The position numbers and the translations under genes were made by a program. This document shows positions 39,776 through 50,587 of a DNA stretch of 64,000 nt, piece by piece (position 1 is the stretch's first letter; every line of letters begins with the position of its first letter). Source of the stretch: Candidatus Bathyarchaeota archaeon (GTDB taxonomy: Archaea > Thermoproteota > Bathyarchaeia > Bathyarchaeales > Bathycorpusculaceae); the NCBI GenBank assembly GCA_963702095.1, contig OY969706.1, forward strand, positions 1,760,001 through 1,824,000. The letters run 5' to 3'. The notes under the pieces are model-generated. The model saw only the letters and a program-made list of their open reading frames with translations, was not told where the DNA came from and did no database searches.

Positions 39776-42610
39776 ATGAAACGCCAAACTGTACCGGTAA
39801 TTCTTGTTCTGCTTCTACTGGCTTCAATAGTAACAGGGCTAATCTCGCATGATTTAACTTTTGGGAACGCCGAGGCGGCTGACTCAACAGTTACCGACTG
39901 GCCAATGTTTGGCTACAACGCTGCCCACACAGGTTCACCAGACGATGTTGCACCGATAACCCACGACTTGCTCTGGAAATTCGACACGGGAGCGAGTTGC
40001 GATTGGATAATAAGTTCCTCTCCAGTGGTGGTGAACGGCGTTGTCTACATTGGCTCCGACGATGGGGTTTTCTATGCTGTGGATGCTTCGAGCGGAACCC
40101 CTATTTGGAGCCAGAAGGTCGGGGACTTTACGGCGATGACTCCTGCAGTCGTCAACGGGGTGGTTTATGCCTCTACTTGGGAAGGGCATGATTATGCTTT
40201 GAATGCTACTACGGGAGCGGTTATTTGGAACTCCTCTAGAATGTACAGTGCCTCTTCACCTGCAGTCGCCAATGGGCTGCACTACATTTTTTCAGGCAAC
40301 AGCTCTGTGATAGCGCGAAACGCTTCAACAGGAGATACAGTTTGGATCTGTGAAAACATCAGCCTTGGAGGCGAAAGTTCGCCAGTAGTGGTAGATAACA
40401 CCCTTTACGTCACCAGTTATGGCGGTGTCAGCGCAATAGATGCATCAACTGGTGAGCTGAAATGGGGCGGTAATATAGGCTTAGGCTCCACGTATAATTC
40501 TCCCGCCGTCGCCAACGGCATCGTTTATGCCAGCTGCCAAGGCGATGACCTTTGTGCGTTGAATGCCACCACAGGTGCACAGATATGGAATTACCCTATT
40601 GGCCCAAGTGACGCCTGCATGCCATCGGTAGCTGAAGGAATCGTTTATGCAGTTTCTTTAACCAATGGTGTCTATGCTTTAGACGCTGCAACAGGAGCTT
40701 TGGTTTTGAATAATCCCCTTAAAGTTTGGTGCTCTTCTTTGGCTGCTGCAGGCGGACTTGTTTATGCATGTAACAGCGACGGCATCCATGCATTGATTGC
40801 TGATACCGGCGCGGAACAGTGGAGTTATGCCCCAAGCAACATTAACATCAATTCGTGTCCCGCAGTTGCCAATGGCGTTCTCTTTGTTAAAAGTGGAGAC
40901 GGGTATCTGTATGCGTTTGGAAAGGCAAGTCACCCCTCAATTTCTCTCCAGCCAAAGTTTGGTTTTGCAGGCACCCAAGCGAGCGTTTTGGGAAGCGGCT
41001 TTGCGTCTGGCTCAACAGTAACCGTAACTTTCGGTGGAACAACCATTACTCTTAGCAGCTCAGCCGTTGATTCTTTAGGGCATATTGCAGGAGCCTTCAC
41101 AGTTCCAGCGTTAACTTCTGGGGACTACCAAATCTCTGTAACGGACGCCTCAGGCAACGTTGCTTCTGACAATTACTTAATCGTCACCCCTACAGCAATT
41201 ACGTGGCCAATGTACATGCATGACCCCCAACACTCAGGTTCACCCGATAACACAGCCGTAGTGGACAACTCTTTGCTCTGGAAGTTCAGTGTAGATAGAG
41301 CGAACATGATAATCAGGGTGGCTTCGTCAGCTGCAGTAGTCGGTGGCATAGTATACGATGCGTCACAGAACAGCTATGTTTACGCATTGGACGCTTATAC
41401 GGGCACTCGTTATTGGAGGTTTAATTTGGGCGGGTTGGGCACGCTTTCTTCGCCAGTGGTTGTCGACGGCGTAGTTTACATTGGAGGCGACTATGGAATA
41501 TACGCAATTAACGCTCACTCTGGGACCCAAGTTTGGAACAATCCATCACCAAGAGCTGTTGTCACTGCACCAGCCGTGTCGAATGGAGTGGTTTATGTAG
41601 GTTCATTCTTTGATGGAGTATTCGCTTTACGAGCGTCTGATGGTCAGCAGATATGGAGATACTCAGAAATCGGTGAAGTACTCACCTCCCCTACAGTATA
41701 TGGCAGCCTCGTCTATACTGGTTCAGAAGACGGGGACATTTACGCCTTGAACGCAGCAACCGGCACACTGGTTTGGAAATACAACTGCAGTGAAACCTAC
41801 CCCTATAACGGCGTTTCTGCTTCCCCTGTTGTAGCCAACGGAATAGTTTACACGGCATCTGAGAACGGTAACATCTTTGCCTTTAACGCTACAGCGGGCG
41901 ATAAACTCTGGAACCACACCACAGTTCCAGCGTCTTTACCATCTGACCCATCTGTTGCCAAGGGCATAGTCTACATTGAGTCGACTGGCGGTGTTTACGC
42001 TCTTAACGCCGACACAGGCGAAGAAATCTGGCACTCAACCAACGCTACAGGATTTAATGCGCCGGCAATTGCAGGCGGAGTAGTTTACGCAGCATGCAAC
42101 GACGACCACGGAAATCTCTATGCTTTGAATGCTGTTACAGGCGAGAAAATCTGGAATTACTCAATCGATGACTACTTCCGCTCGGCTCCCTCCGTCGCTA
42201 AAGGGGTAATTTACGTCGGAACAGAATTCGGCACCATCTACGCTATTGGTACGCCCCAAACCGTGCCCGACCCAACCCCCACACCAACGCCAACACCGAC
42301 TCAAGCGCCAACACAACCACCAACCACACCGGCTTCCACACAACCGCCTACAACAAGCAGCAAATCAACCGTAACCGATACACCTGCATCCCAACAGGCA
42401 TCTGAGCCCACGCCGACATCCACATCCAACCAGCCATCCACATTCCCCACGGTTAACACTGGCCCACAACAAAACCCCGCGCCATTCCCGGCAACGCTTC
42501 TAATCGCAGCTGGAGCAGGCGGAGCAGTGGCCGTTTTAGGCAGTGTAGGCTTGATCCGCCATAACAGAAGAAAGCTCTATGCGGCAAAGCATCAAAAAGA
42601 GCCTCGATAG
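39776..42610 (+). CDS. Surface protein with two PQQ-type beta-propeller domains and an IPT/TIG-like linker
   Basis: Repeated SPAVANGVVY..YALNATTG..W units; WPMF/WPMY duplicated; PT-rich stalk and TM. Confidence 0.9.
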   Translation: MKRQTVPVILVLLLLASIVTGLISHDLTFGNAEAADSTVTDWPMFGYNAAHTGSPDDVAPITHDLLWKFDTGASCDWIISSSPVVVNGVVYIGSDDGVFYAVDASSGTPIWSQKVGDFTAMTPAVVNGVVYASTWEGHDYALNATTGAVIWNSSRMYSASSPAVANGLHYIFSGNSSVIARNASTGDTVWICENISLGGESSPVVVDNTLYVTSYGGVSAIDASTGELKWGGNIGLGSTYNSPAVANGIVYASCQGDDLCALNATTGAQIWNYPIGPSDACMPSVAEGIVYAVSLTNGVYALDAATGALVLNNPLKVWCSSLAAAGGLVYACNSDGIHALIADTGAEQWSYAPSNININSCPAVANGVLFVKSGDGYLYAFGKASHPSISLQPKFGFAGTQASVLGSGFASGSTVTVTFGGTTITLSSSAVDSLGHIAGAFTVPALTSGDYQISVTDASGNVASDNYLIVTPTAITWPMYMHDPQHSGSPDNTAVVDNSLLWKFSVDRANMIIRVASSAAVVGGIVYDASQNSYVYALDAYTGTRYWRFNLGGLGTLSSPVVVDGVVYIGGDYGIYAINAHSGTQVWNNPSPRAVVTAPAVSNGVVYVGSFFDGVFALRASDGQQIWRYSEIGEVLTSPTVYGSLVYTGSEDGDIYALNAATGTLVWKYNCSETYPYNGVSASPVVANGIVYTASENGNIFAFNATAGDKLWNHTTVPASLPSDPSVAKGIVYIESTGGVYALNADTGEEIWHSTNATGFNAPAIAGGVVYAACNDDHGNLYALNAVTGEKIWNYSIDDYFRSAPSVAKGVIYVGTEFGTIYAIGTPQTVPDPTPTPTPTPTQAPTQPPTTPASTQPPTTSSKSTVTDTPASQQASEPTPTSTSNQPSTFPTVNTGPQQNPAPFPATLLIAAGAGGAVAVLGSVGLIRHNRRKLYAAKHQKEPR

Positions 42611-42638
42611 AGTGAAACATAAACAAACCAACATACTT

Positions 42639-42807
42639 CCACACCCACATAGCGGCTGGTTCTGCATGGAGCCATGTTGCGCGTGTGGAGAAAAATGCAC
42701 TTTCCACACCGAAACAGGCATAGAAAAACGTTGCAACCGCAAAAAGCAATTGAGTTCTCAACCATTCTTGTGGCATGCCGTAAACCGCCACCCCACATAA
42801 AGAGAGA
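42639..42807 (+). repeat. Dispersed element family B, copy B2
   Basis: Same conserved blocks as B1 and B3. Confidence 0.9.
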
Positions 42808-42878
42808 ACACCAACAAAACATTTGACCTACAGCTAAATAATGGATGGGCGATGCTAAGAGAGCAGCAAACGCTTCTT

Positions 42879-45311
42879 TTACTTGCGTTTTAACATGTTC
42901 TCAAGCAACGGCTTTAGCTTAGCATTCTCCGCCTGTATCTTTTCTTTGCCCAAGGCTTTGCGCTCTACGTCGATTTCTTTTATGACTTCAGCGTAGTGGA
43001 TACCTTCTGCGGCAGAGATATATTCAACTCGGAAACGCTCTGGACTCATACCCAGCTTAACCAGCATATTCTTCAGCGCATCGGTGCGGGCTTTCATCTT
43101 GTAGTTGCCGTTGATGTAGTGGCAGTCGTAGGGCAAGTGGCATGCACCAACCAAAACCGAACCCGCCCCTAAACGCAGCGCTTCAAGCACGAAGTCTCTG
43201 GCGACCCGTCCGCTGCACATGACGCGGATTGCTCGGACGCTGGCAGGGTAGTCACATCGGCTGATACCTGCCAAATCTGCGCCGGCGTAGCTACACCAGT
43301 TACAGAGTATGGCGAGGATTTTGTCTTCCGGGTTAGTTTCTAAGGCAGCGTGGATTTGAGCCATGACTTGTGCATCGGTGAAGTGCATCTGGGTAATGGC
43401 GTGTTGTGGACATTCGGCGACGCATGTGCCGCAACCGTGGCAGCTGGCGGTGATGATGCTGGCGGGTTGCCCTGGTTCTTGGCGGATAGCACCGTAGGGG
43501 CATTTGTCAACGCAGATGCCGCATTTCTTGCATTTCTCTGAGTCCACAACGCTAATGATGGGTTCGATTTTCCATTTCGGTTTACTGATAACTGTGGCTG
43601 CACGTGAAGCAGCTCCGCTGCCCTGAGAGACACTGTAAGGAATGTCTTTGAGTCCTGCACAAGCGCCCGCATAGAAGACGCCGTCGGTTGGGGCGTCCAT
43701 GGGTTTGAGTTTGGGGTGGGCTTCCATGAAGAAGCCGTTGGAGTCACGGCTGAGGTTGAGGATGCGGGCGACTTCTTCGCTGCCTTTTTTGGGGATGGAT
43801 GCTGTGGCGAGGACGACCATGTCGGCTTCGACTTCGATGGGTTGCCCAAGCAAGCTGTCTTCGCTGTGCACAGTTAAGTTATGGGTCTTGGGATCTTCGT
43901 CTATGCGGCTTACACGTCCACGGATAAAGTTGACGCCCCTCTCCCTTGCACGGTCATAGAATTCCTCATAGCCTTTGCCAGGGCTGCGTATGTCCATGTA
44001 GAAAACGTAGACTTCCACGTCTTCTTTGTACTTCTCTTTAAGCTGCACCACGTGTTTGAGGGTGTACATGCAGCAGAAGTTGCTGCAGTAGGGGTAATGC
44101 TGCTTGTCTCGGCTGCCGACGCATTGGATGAATACGATGCGGTGGGGTTTCTGCCCGTCACTTTGCCGTATGACTTTGCCTCCGGTGGGTCCCGCCGCCA
44201 GAATCAGCCGTTCAAACTCCATGCTGGTGATGACGTTGGGGTATTTGCCGTAACCCAAAAGTGGCATGTCATAGGGCTCATAAACGTCGAAGCCTGTGGA
44301 AACGATGATGGCGCCGACTTCAATGTCTACTTCCTCGGGTTTTTGGTCGAAGTCTATGGCGTCGCGGTCTCCGCAGGCATCAGTACATTTGAAACATTCG
44401 ATGCAGTAGTCCTTGTTGATGCTGTAAATCAATGGAACCGTCTGGTCGAAGGGTACAGAAATTGCTTTCCGAGTGCCCAAGTTCATATCCCATTCGTTTG
44501 GGTACTCGATGGGGCAAGCGTCTTTGCATTCGCCGCACCCCGTACATTTTTCTGGGTTGACAAAGCGGGGGTTTTTGCGGATTTTAACTTTAAAGTTGCC
44601 AATGTAGCCCTCGCATTTGACGAGGTCGCTGTTGGCGAATATGGTGATGTTTGAGTGGCGGGCGCAATCCACCATTTTGGGGCCCTCGATGCAGATGCTG
44701 CAGTCCAGTGTGGGGAAGGTTTTGTCCAGCGCCGCCATGTGGCCGCCGATGCTCTGCGAAGTCTCAAGCATGTAAACTTTGAAGCCTTGCTCAGCTAAGT
44801 CGAGGGCGGCGTTCATGCCTGCTATGCCCCCGCCGATTATGAGTGCCTTGTTGGTGACTGGCACCTCTATGGTTTGCAGCGGCTGCATGAGGCGTACTTT
44901 GGCGACTGCCATCTTTACGGTGTCTTTGGCACGTTCCGTCGCTGCAACTGGGTCGCTTTGGTGGCACCAAGAGGCGAATTCACGGATGTTTGCCATTTCG
45001 TAGAGGAAGGGGTTTAAGCCTGCTTCGGAGACTGTGCGGCGAAAAGTGGGTTCGTGCATGCGTGGAGAGCAAGCGGCGATGACTACGCGGTTGAGTTTTT
45101 TTTGGCGGATTGCTTTGCGGATTTCTTCTTGACCCGGGTCGGCGCAGGTGTAGCGGTTTTCTTTGACGTAGACGACGTCAGGTATGGTTTTGGCGTATTC
45201 CGCAACTGCATGTACATCTACAGTTCCGGCGATGTTGAGTCCACAGTGGCATACAAAGACGCCAACACGGAGTTCTTCAGGTTTAGTTTGATTTGGATTG
45301 GGAGTGCTCAT
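42879..45311 (-). CDS. hdrA: Heterodisulfide reductase subunit A fused to MvhD
   Basis: VFVCHCG, CSPRMHE, GGGIAG, KTFPTLDC and CVGSRD; C-terminal CNWCSYAGAD..CSGRV..CHY (MvhD). Confidence 0.94.
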   Translation of the reverse strand: MSTPNPNQTKPEELRVGVFVCHCGLNIAGTVDVHAVAEYAKTIPDVVYVKENRYTCADPGQEEIRKAIRQKKLNRVVIAACSPRMHEPTFRRTVSEAGLNPFLYEMANIREFASWCHQSDPVAATERAKDTVKMAVAKVRLMQPLQTIEVPVTNKALIIGGGIAGMNAALDLAEQGFKVYMLETSQSIGGHMAALDKTFPTLDCSICIEGPKMVDCARHSNITIFANSDLVKCEGYIGNFKVKIRKNPRFVNPEKCTGCGECKDACPIEYPNEWDMNLGTRKAISVPFDQTVPLIYSINKDYCIECFKCTDACGDRDAIDFDQKPEEVDIEVGAIIVSTGFDVYEPYDMPLLGYGKYPNVITSMEFERLILAAGPTGGKVIRQSDGQKPHRIVFIQCVGSRDKQHYPYCSNFCCMYTLKHVVQLKEKYKEDVEVYVFYMDIRSPGKGYEEFYDRARERGVNFIRGRVSRIDEDPKTHNLTVHSEDSLLGQPIEVEADMVVLATASIPKKGSEEVARILNLSRDSNGFFMEAHPKLKPMDAPTDGVFYAGACAGLKDIPYSVSQGSGAASRAATVISKPKWKIEPIISVVDSEKCKKCGICVDKCPYGAIRQEPGQPASIITASCHGCGTCVAECPQHAITQMHFTDAQVMAQIHAALETNPEDKILAILCNWCSYAGADLAGISRCDYPASVRAIRVMCSGRVARDFVLEALRLGAGSVLVGACHLPYDCHYINGNYKMKARTDALKNMLVKLGMSPERFRVEYISAAEGIHYAEVIKEIDVERKALGKEKIQAENAKLKPLLENMLKRK

Positions 45312-46243
45312 TTCTTCTTCATCTCTTCCACTTCAAAGCGGTGTGCAACCAGTTCACGTCTGGTCTTTGCTGCATGCTCCTTGAACTCTTTAACTGCATC
45401 TGTGGGGCTGGTGATGCGCTCCAAAGTTTTGTTCCATGCACCCGAGTGGATGGGGGTATGGTGAACTTTTGTGCGGTGAACTGTCAACGCTTCAGGTTGG
45501 GGGCAAACGTTTTTGCATGCGCCGCAGAAAGTGCAGGTTTGCTCGTTAACGTAAACTTTTTTGTCGTCGCCAAGCACCAGCGTGTCGGTTATGGGGCAGA
45601 CGTCAAGGCAGTCTTTGCAGCCAGGCGGACACTTGTCTTGGTCGATGTGTAGGTTGCCTTCGAAGGCTTTTTTTACTCTTATGGCGCCTGGAGGGCATTT
45701 GAATTCGCAGACGCGGCATGTGGGACAATGTTGTTTATCGATGTCTACGGTGACTTGGACGCGTTTTTGTCCCATCGGCGAAAGCGTAGATATGTCGGTG
45801 ACGGGTTTGCCGTCATAAGCCACCTTTGAGACTTTGATTAGCTGGAGTGGACAGGCGGTTTCGCATTCGACGCAGGCTTTGTCGCCTTTACGTGTGTCCA
45901 CCACTATATCCCTGATTAGTTCTGGGTAGCTGTCTTTGGATAAGATGTTTAGATCATGGCTGCCGTTGTGGGTGACGGTTATGGCGCCGTAGGGGCAGGT
46001 GACGTCGCAGATGCCGCAGAAATTGCATTTCTCCAAATCCACATCCACCTTCACCCGCTGCGCGGCATCGCCGACTTTGGGTTGTTTCTGGTGGGTGATG
46101 GCTTGTTTGGGGCAGGCATTCATGCAGATTTGGCAGCCTACGCAATGTTTGCGGTCGAGGCGCAGTTTGTAGTTTTTAACTTGCAAAACCCATTCTAACT
46201 CTAAAGCGTCTGCCGCATCTTTCTTTGTTTTCTTAAACGGCAT
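45308..46243 (-). CDS. Polyferredoxin, FwdF-like
   Basis: About six CxxCxxCxxxCP-type motifs, C-terminal SGAWNK; ATGA overlap with hdrA. Confidence 0.82.
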   Translation of the reverse strand: MPFKKTKKDAADALELEWVLQVKNYKLRLDRKHCVGCQICMNACPKQAITHQKQPKVGDAAQRVKVDVDLEKCNFCGICDVTCPYGAITVTHNGSHDLNILSKDSYPELIRDIVVDTRKGDKACVECETACPLQLIKVSKVAYDGKPVTDISTLSPMGQKRVQVTVDIDKQHCPTCRVCEFKCPPGAIRVKKAFEGNLHIDQDKCPPGCKDCLDVCPITDTLVLGDDKKVYVNEQTCTFCGACKNVCPQPEALTVHRTKVHHTPIHSGAWNKTLERITSPTDAVKEFKEHAAKTRRELVAHRFEVEEMKKK

Positions 46244-46532
46244 CTATTTTTTCACCCAATACATGGTGGAGCCAAATTCTCCAGCATATAAGCGAATTAT
46301 ATGAACTGTTTGAATGGGTCATTTATGTTATAAATATTGCTTGAAAAAAGAATGGTTCCATCATTGCAAAACTGGCAAAAACACGTCACTTTTTGTTCGT
46401 TAATACTTGGAGTTAGCAAGTAAATGCAGGGTTGAGATGGGCTTATCCGCCCAATAATCCCTAAACAGAACCGCCGTCACCCCAATGGCTTCAACAGTCG
46501 CCCCACGGAAAAGCGATAACCAAACATTACAC

Positions 46533-47342
46533 CTACACAAGCGAGGTATTCTTTTTTCTACGCATAATTACTATGATTGCAAAAAGCACTATTATAACTC
46601 CTAGTGCTGCGAACAAGCCAATTTCTGTCCAATCGACGCCGCCTTTGCTTGTAGGCACCCCAACTTCTGGCAAGTATGGGGTTGCTGTGGGGTTTTCTGG
46701 CGTTGTCGGAGTGGGTGATACTGATTCACTGCGGCCAGGTATGGTTAGAGTTTGCGTGTTGCTCCAGTCGCTTGTCTGGCCTGTGAAAACCCAGGGCCAC
46801 ATTAAAATTTGAACTGTTTGACTAGGATCATATTCTCGATGGCCATACCCGATTAATGCTTGCACTTGAAAATCAATTTGTCCACCAGGGATAATTTGGG
46901 GGCTTCTACAATCCGAAAAAGCCCCGAATGTTAATACGGTAAATGTTGAATTCGAATGTTTTGGATAAGGACTCTCCACATAATAAGTAACTACCCACTC
47001 ATTGGTAAAATGACCTTTAAAACGAACATTGTAATATAGGTCAGCCATCCAATCAGCGGTCCCCTCTTTGGTCTCTATCGCCGTGAACGGTTGATTTTTG
47101 ATTGCTAGTTCCACTGTGTAGTTCTGGACGTGGTACCCTTTGTTGGTTACACTTTGACCGGTATATGGGTCGGTTGAAGTAGTTGTGGCTACGTCGTAGG
47201 AGTGGTCGACAAACTTTGCAGTGAATTCTGGTACCGATGGCTTAGGAATCTGCTGTGCAGACGCCGTTTGGATGAGCATTAAACTGGCGACTGCCAAAAT
47301 CAGTACAAGAATTAGCGATGTGAACTTGTTTTGGTATGCCAT
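46533..47342 (-). CDS. Secreted, C-terminally anchored hypothetical protein
   Basis: Signal peptide; IPKPSVPEFT, IKNQPF and SDWSNTQT motifs; TM plus RRKK. Confidence 0.8.
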   Translation of the reverse strand: MAYQNKFTSLILVLILAVASLMLIQTASAQQIPKPSVPEFTAKFVDHSYDVATTTSTDPYTGQSVTNKGYHVQNYTVELAIKNQPFTAIETKEGTADWMADLYYNVRFKGHFTNEWVVTYYVESPYPKHSNSTFTVLTFGAFSDCRSPQIIPGGQIDFQVQALIGYGHREYDPSQTVQILMWPWVFTGQTSDWSNTQTLTIPGRSESVSPTPTTPENPTATPYLPEVGVPTSKGGVDWTEIGLFAALGVIIVLFAIIVIMRRKKNTSLV

Positions 47343-47405
47343 AGGTCAGGGTGTGTTTGGTTTTGCTTTAAAGCGTTCTTGTATAGGTTTCTTGACTAAG
47401 TTTAG

Positions 47406-47930
47406 TCAAGGTTTATCGACAAGGTTCTCGCAGTGGGTTCGAAAAAGCTCCTGTAGAGTATTCCAGTTTCCGGCGATGAATAGCTTGCTTTTTAAGGCGT
47501 CTATTTTTGGCAGCAGTTCAGTGAGTTGTTTAAACTGCTCTTCAGTGGGTGCAAACTTGGATTCGAAGTCCGGGCTTAAAATCGTAAACTTGGATTTACG
47601 ACCTGCCATCAGCCTGACCGCCTCAATCTCGCCGTAAGTGTAGTAGCAGCTTTTATTGCTGAGCCGCAAGAGGTCATCTAGGCGCCAGTCCTTGATTTCC
47701 TCATCAATCGACCCTTTCGGCTTCTCCTCCCCGCCTGATTGTAGGGGCGGAGGCACCCCAAACGCCGAAGTTACAACGGAAATATCCTCATGCGACTCGA
47801 AACGGCTTGATTTGCCCAAACAAACGATCGCAATCCGCTTATCAGTAAAATATAGGTCGTAACGGCTGTTGATGTCAACGGGTAAAATGACGTCTCGGAT
47901 TATTCCTATCTGTTTCTCTGCGCTTGCCAA
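47406..47930 (-). CDS. Hypothetical protein (PH-like)
   Basis: 174-aa ORF with YDLYFTDKRI; SD-like GAGG before TTG. Confidence 0.65.
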   Translation of the reverse strand: MASAEKQIGIIRDVILPVDINSRYDLYFTDKRIAIVCLGKSSRFESHEDISVVTSAFGVPPPLQSGGEEKPKGSIDEEIKDWRLDDLLRLSNKSCYYTYGEIEAVRLMAGRKSKFTILSPDFESKFAPTEEQFKQLTELLPKIDALKSKLFIAGNWNTLQELFRTHCENLVDKP

Positions 47931-48069
47931 CCTTATGCCTCTACCTGCTTATTTGTTTGCGCTCTTTAAGGGCTTTACGCTGCAGTAGGATTAAAAAGAA
48001 GAATCCTATCAAAAATTTAATAGGAATTTTTTTATGGTAGGACACTCGCCTATTTAGTGGGGAACAATC

Positions 48070-48309
48070 ATGCAGACAACTGACCACAACATTGTTAAAG
48101 TAACCAGACGCGGCCAAACAACAATACCCCAAAATCTGCGCAAACGATTCAACATCAAAGAAGGGGACCGCCTAATCGTAGAAGCCACAGAAAACGGCAT
48201 ACTATTCAAACCTGTCCCCAACATCTTGGATATGGTAGGCATCGATGCAGGATACGCAACAGTTGAGCAAGTTAACAAAATGATCGATAAACTCCGAGAA
48301 GAATACTAA
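48070..48309 (+). CDS. vapB: AbrB/MazE-type antitoxin
   Basis: KVTRRGQTTIPQNLRKRFNIKEGD; directly upstream of a PIN gene. Confidence 0.88.
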   Translation: MQTTDHNIVKVTRRGQTTIPQNLRKRFNIKEGDRLIVEATENGILFKPVPNILDMVGIDAGYATVEQVNKMIDKLREEY

Positions 48310-48310
48310 C

Positions 48311-48709
48311 TTGAAAGAAGTCCTCGACACCCGCTTTTTGAGGGAATACTTGTACTCTAACCAAGACACGCCAAAACAGAAACTGGCAAGGAAACTCGAT
48401 GCACTTATAGCCACAAACGAGGGCATACTGCCAACAATAGTCCTGGCCGAAATAACCCAAATCACCTGTGCACTGCGGGGTAAAGATATGGCACATAGCC
48501 GCTGCCAAGCCCTAATCCAAAGCGGACTCCAAATCCAAGAATTAACACCTCAAATCGCCGAGCAAGCCGGATTATTCAAATGCCAATACAGCAACCTGCC
48601 AATGGGCGACTGCATAATCGCAGCAACAGCGCTGATAACTCACGCGAGGGTGCTCTCTGACGACCCCCATTTTGACGCCATCAAAGAAATAAAACGCATC
48701 TGGATATAG
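48311..48709 (+). CDS. vapC: PIN-domain toxin
   Basis: Acidic residues in VLDT, LAE, GDC and SDDPHF. Confidence 0.88.
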   Translation: MKEVLDTRFLREYLYSNQDTPKQKLARKLDALIATNEGILPTIVLAEITQITCALRGKDMAHSRCQALIQSGLQIQELTPQIAEQAGLFKCQYSNLPMGDCIIAATALITHARVLSDDPHFDAIKEIKRIWI

Positions 48710-48715
48710 CACCCT

Positions 48716-48955
48716 TTATCTGCCCTGTTCGGCTTGAACTGCACTCTGCCTAAGTTCCTCAGTCGCGTAAAGCTCCACTTTGCAGCAGTTGGGACACACA
48801 AACACGTACATGGGAATCATGGATTCTCCGAGTTCGCCCCACTCGCCGATTAACAGGTTGATTCCGCCGCTGGTGCCGCCGACACGGAAGGGGGCAGTGT
48901 AGAGGTACTGTGCGTTTTGACCGCAGAAGGTACATTTCCTTGTATTTCCACTCAA
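48716..48955 (-). CDS. Small Zn-ribbon protein
   Basis: CTFCG..FRVGG..CPNCCKVELY. Confidence 0.75.
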   Translation of the reverse strand: MSGNTRKCTFCGQNAQYLYTAPFRVGGTSGGINLLIGEWGELGESMIPMYVFVCPNCCKVELYATEELRQSAVQAEQGR

Positions 48956-49039
48956 GTGATTCAGCCTCTAACCCATTAGGCGATCACAAACTAAAGCATT
49001 TACTCAAGAGGAGGGTAAGTGCCACCATAGAAAAGTGGC

Positions 49040-50587
49040 TTAACTTGTTTTTTTGTGCTTCCTAAATAAAAATAAACAAAGAGTTATGACAATTATCGCT
49101 GCTACAACAGTTGCAGTAACAAGTGACAAGGTTGAGACTGTTCCTGCAAAGATTGATTCTACTGTAAAGTTGATTGTAGAACTACCTGTATTATAATAAG
49201 TATCGCTTGAGTAGACTGTCAGATTATGTGCTCCTGTTGATAAGTTGCTAAGAGTGATATTCCCGTTTATAGTGATGTTGTTTTGTCCATCCAAACTATA
49301 GCCAGTCCACACTGTTTGCTTGTTAACTACAAAATCCAATGTAATTGCTCCCGTGGGATATGTGGATTGAGGATTAATCAGTTGTATGGCTGAAGCCTGC
49401 GCCCAATCGGGTATTAAATTAGGCGCATTCGAGATGTTGAACAGTGTCATCAATGGGTAGCGGTCCGAGCGGTTTGCGTCAATAACGTAGGGAGTATCGC
49501 CAATGCCGTCACCGTTTGAATCTGTACCATGGTAGTCACTCCAATAGTTTCCTCCTTTCTCGTTATCAAAGTAATCCGACTTAGCGGAAAACAGCGTGTT
49601 AACTTGATAAGTATTATCAACAAAATTGTTATCGTATAGCAGACTACCGCTTAAAGTGCCATCACCGTTAGGGCCTATAGTAATACCGTCTTTGCCAATT
49701 GCACCAGTGTCTAACCCCCATGCGTTATTAGTTATTTGGTTTGCGTAAAGAGTGTTATTTGCACCTGGGAGAAGTCCTTCGCCACAATCAGTGATCGTGT
49801 TTTTTAGGATGGTGTTGTTCGACCCGCTTGCGGACAATCCGTATGCAAAGTGGTCGATGGTGTTGTCATCCACTATGTTGCTATTGCCGCTTAGAATAAA
49901 GAATGATCCGCTTGCTCCAGTGATTGTGTTGTGTGCTAAATAACTTAAAGCGGTGCTGACGTAAACCCCTGATCCAGATATGGCGTTGTTTGTAATTATA
50001 TTGTATTGACCATCGAAGCTTATGCCGTTATAGTTAACACTGTTCTGGAAGGTGTTTCCTCTAATCGTTGAATAACTTGCGTTTACGCTTGAGTCTTTGC
50101 AGAAGAAGTTCCGTTCAATATCCAAGTAATCTCCGAATGCAGCAAAAACTGGTGTAATTGAGCTGTCCGTGATTTGCGTCTTGTCGCCTGTAACTACGAT
50201 GTTTCCGCCATTAGAGGTTACTGTTAATTTAGACAGCGAAAAGTCGTTGGCGGTTATGTTAATGGCAGGGTCATAAAAAGGGGTCTTATGCCCCAAAATA
50301 TCTAGTATTATCTCAAAACTGTGGGATTTTAGGTTGATTATGGTGTTTTGTGAGCCTTCACCTACAATTGTGAGGCTCTTGGCTGTGTAGATGGCGCTGT
50401 CTTCATAGGTTCCGCTTTTGATCAGTATTGTGTCGCCATCTGCTGCATTACCGACAGCAGAAGTTAGGGTTGGGTAGTCATCGGGGACAATGATTGTTTC
50501 TGGTTGTGCTTTTACGGTTGCTAATGGAAGGATAACTATTGAACCCACAAACAGGAGAATAAACAGTACGGCTAATTTCTTTCCCAT
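49040..50587 (-). CDS. Secreted NosD/CASH beta-helix protein
   Basis: IIVPDDYPT and GNYWSDYHGTDSNGDGIGDTPY motifs; C-terminal TM. Confidence 0.88.
   Translation of the reverse strand: MGKKLAVLFILLFVGSIVILPLATVKAQPETIIVPDDYPTLTSAVGNAADGDTILIKSGTYEDSAIYTAKSLTIVGEGSQNTIINLKSHSFEIILDILGHKTPFYDPAINITANDFSLSKLTVTSNGGNIVVTGDKTQITDSSITPVFAAFGDYLDIERNFFCKDSSVNASYSTIRGNTFQNSVNYNGISFDGQYNIITNNAISGSGVYVSTALSYLAHNTITGASGSFFILSGNSNIVDDNTIDHFAYGLSASGSNNTILKNTITDCGEGLLPGANNTLYANQITNNAWGLDTGAIGKDGITIGPNGDGTLSGSLLYDNNFVDNTYQVNTLFSAKSDYFDNEKGGNYWSDYHGTDSNGDGIGDTPYVIDANRSDRYPLMTLFNISNAPNLIPDWAQASAIQLINPQSTYPTGAITLDFVVNKQTVWTGYSLDGQNNITINGNITLSNLSTGAHNLTVYSSDTYYNTGSSTINFTVESIFAGTVSTLSLVTATVVAAIIVITLCLFLFRKHKKTS

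Noticed and set aside
42250-42470. Tandem ACACCAAC-like repeats
   Set aside because: They simply encode the Pro/Thr stalk of the surface protein.
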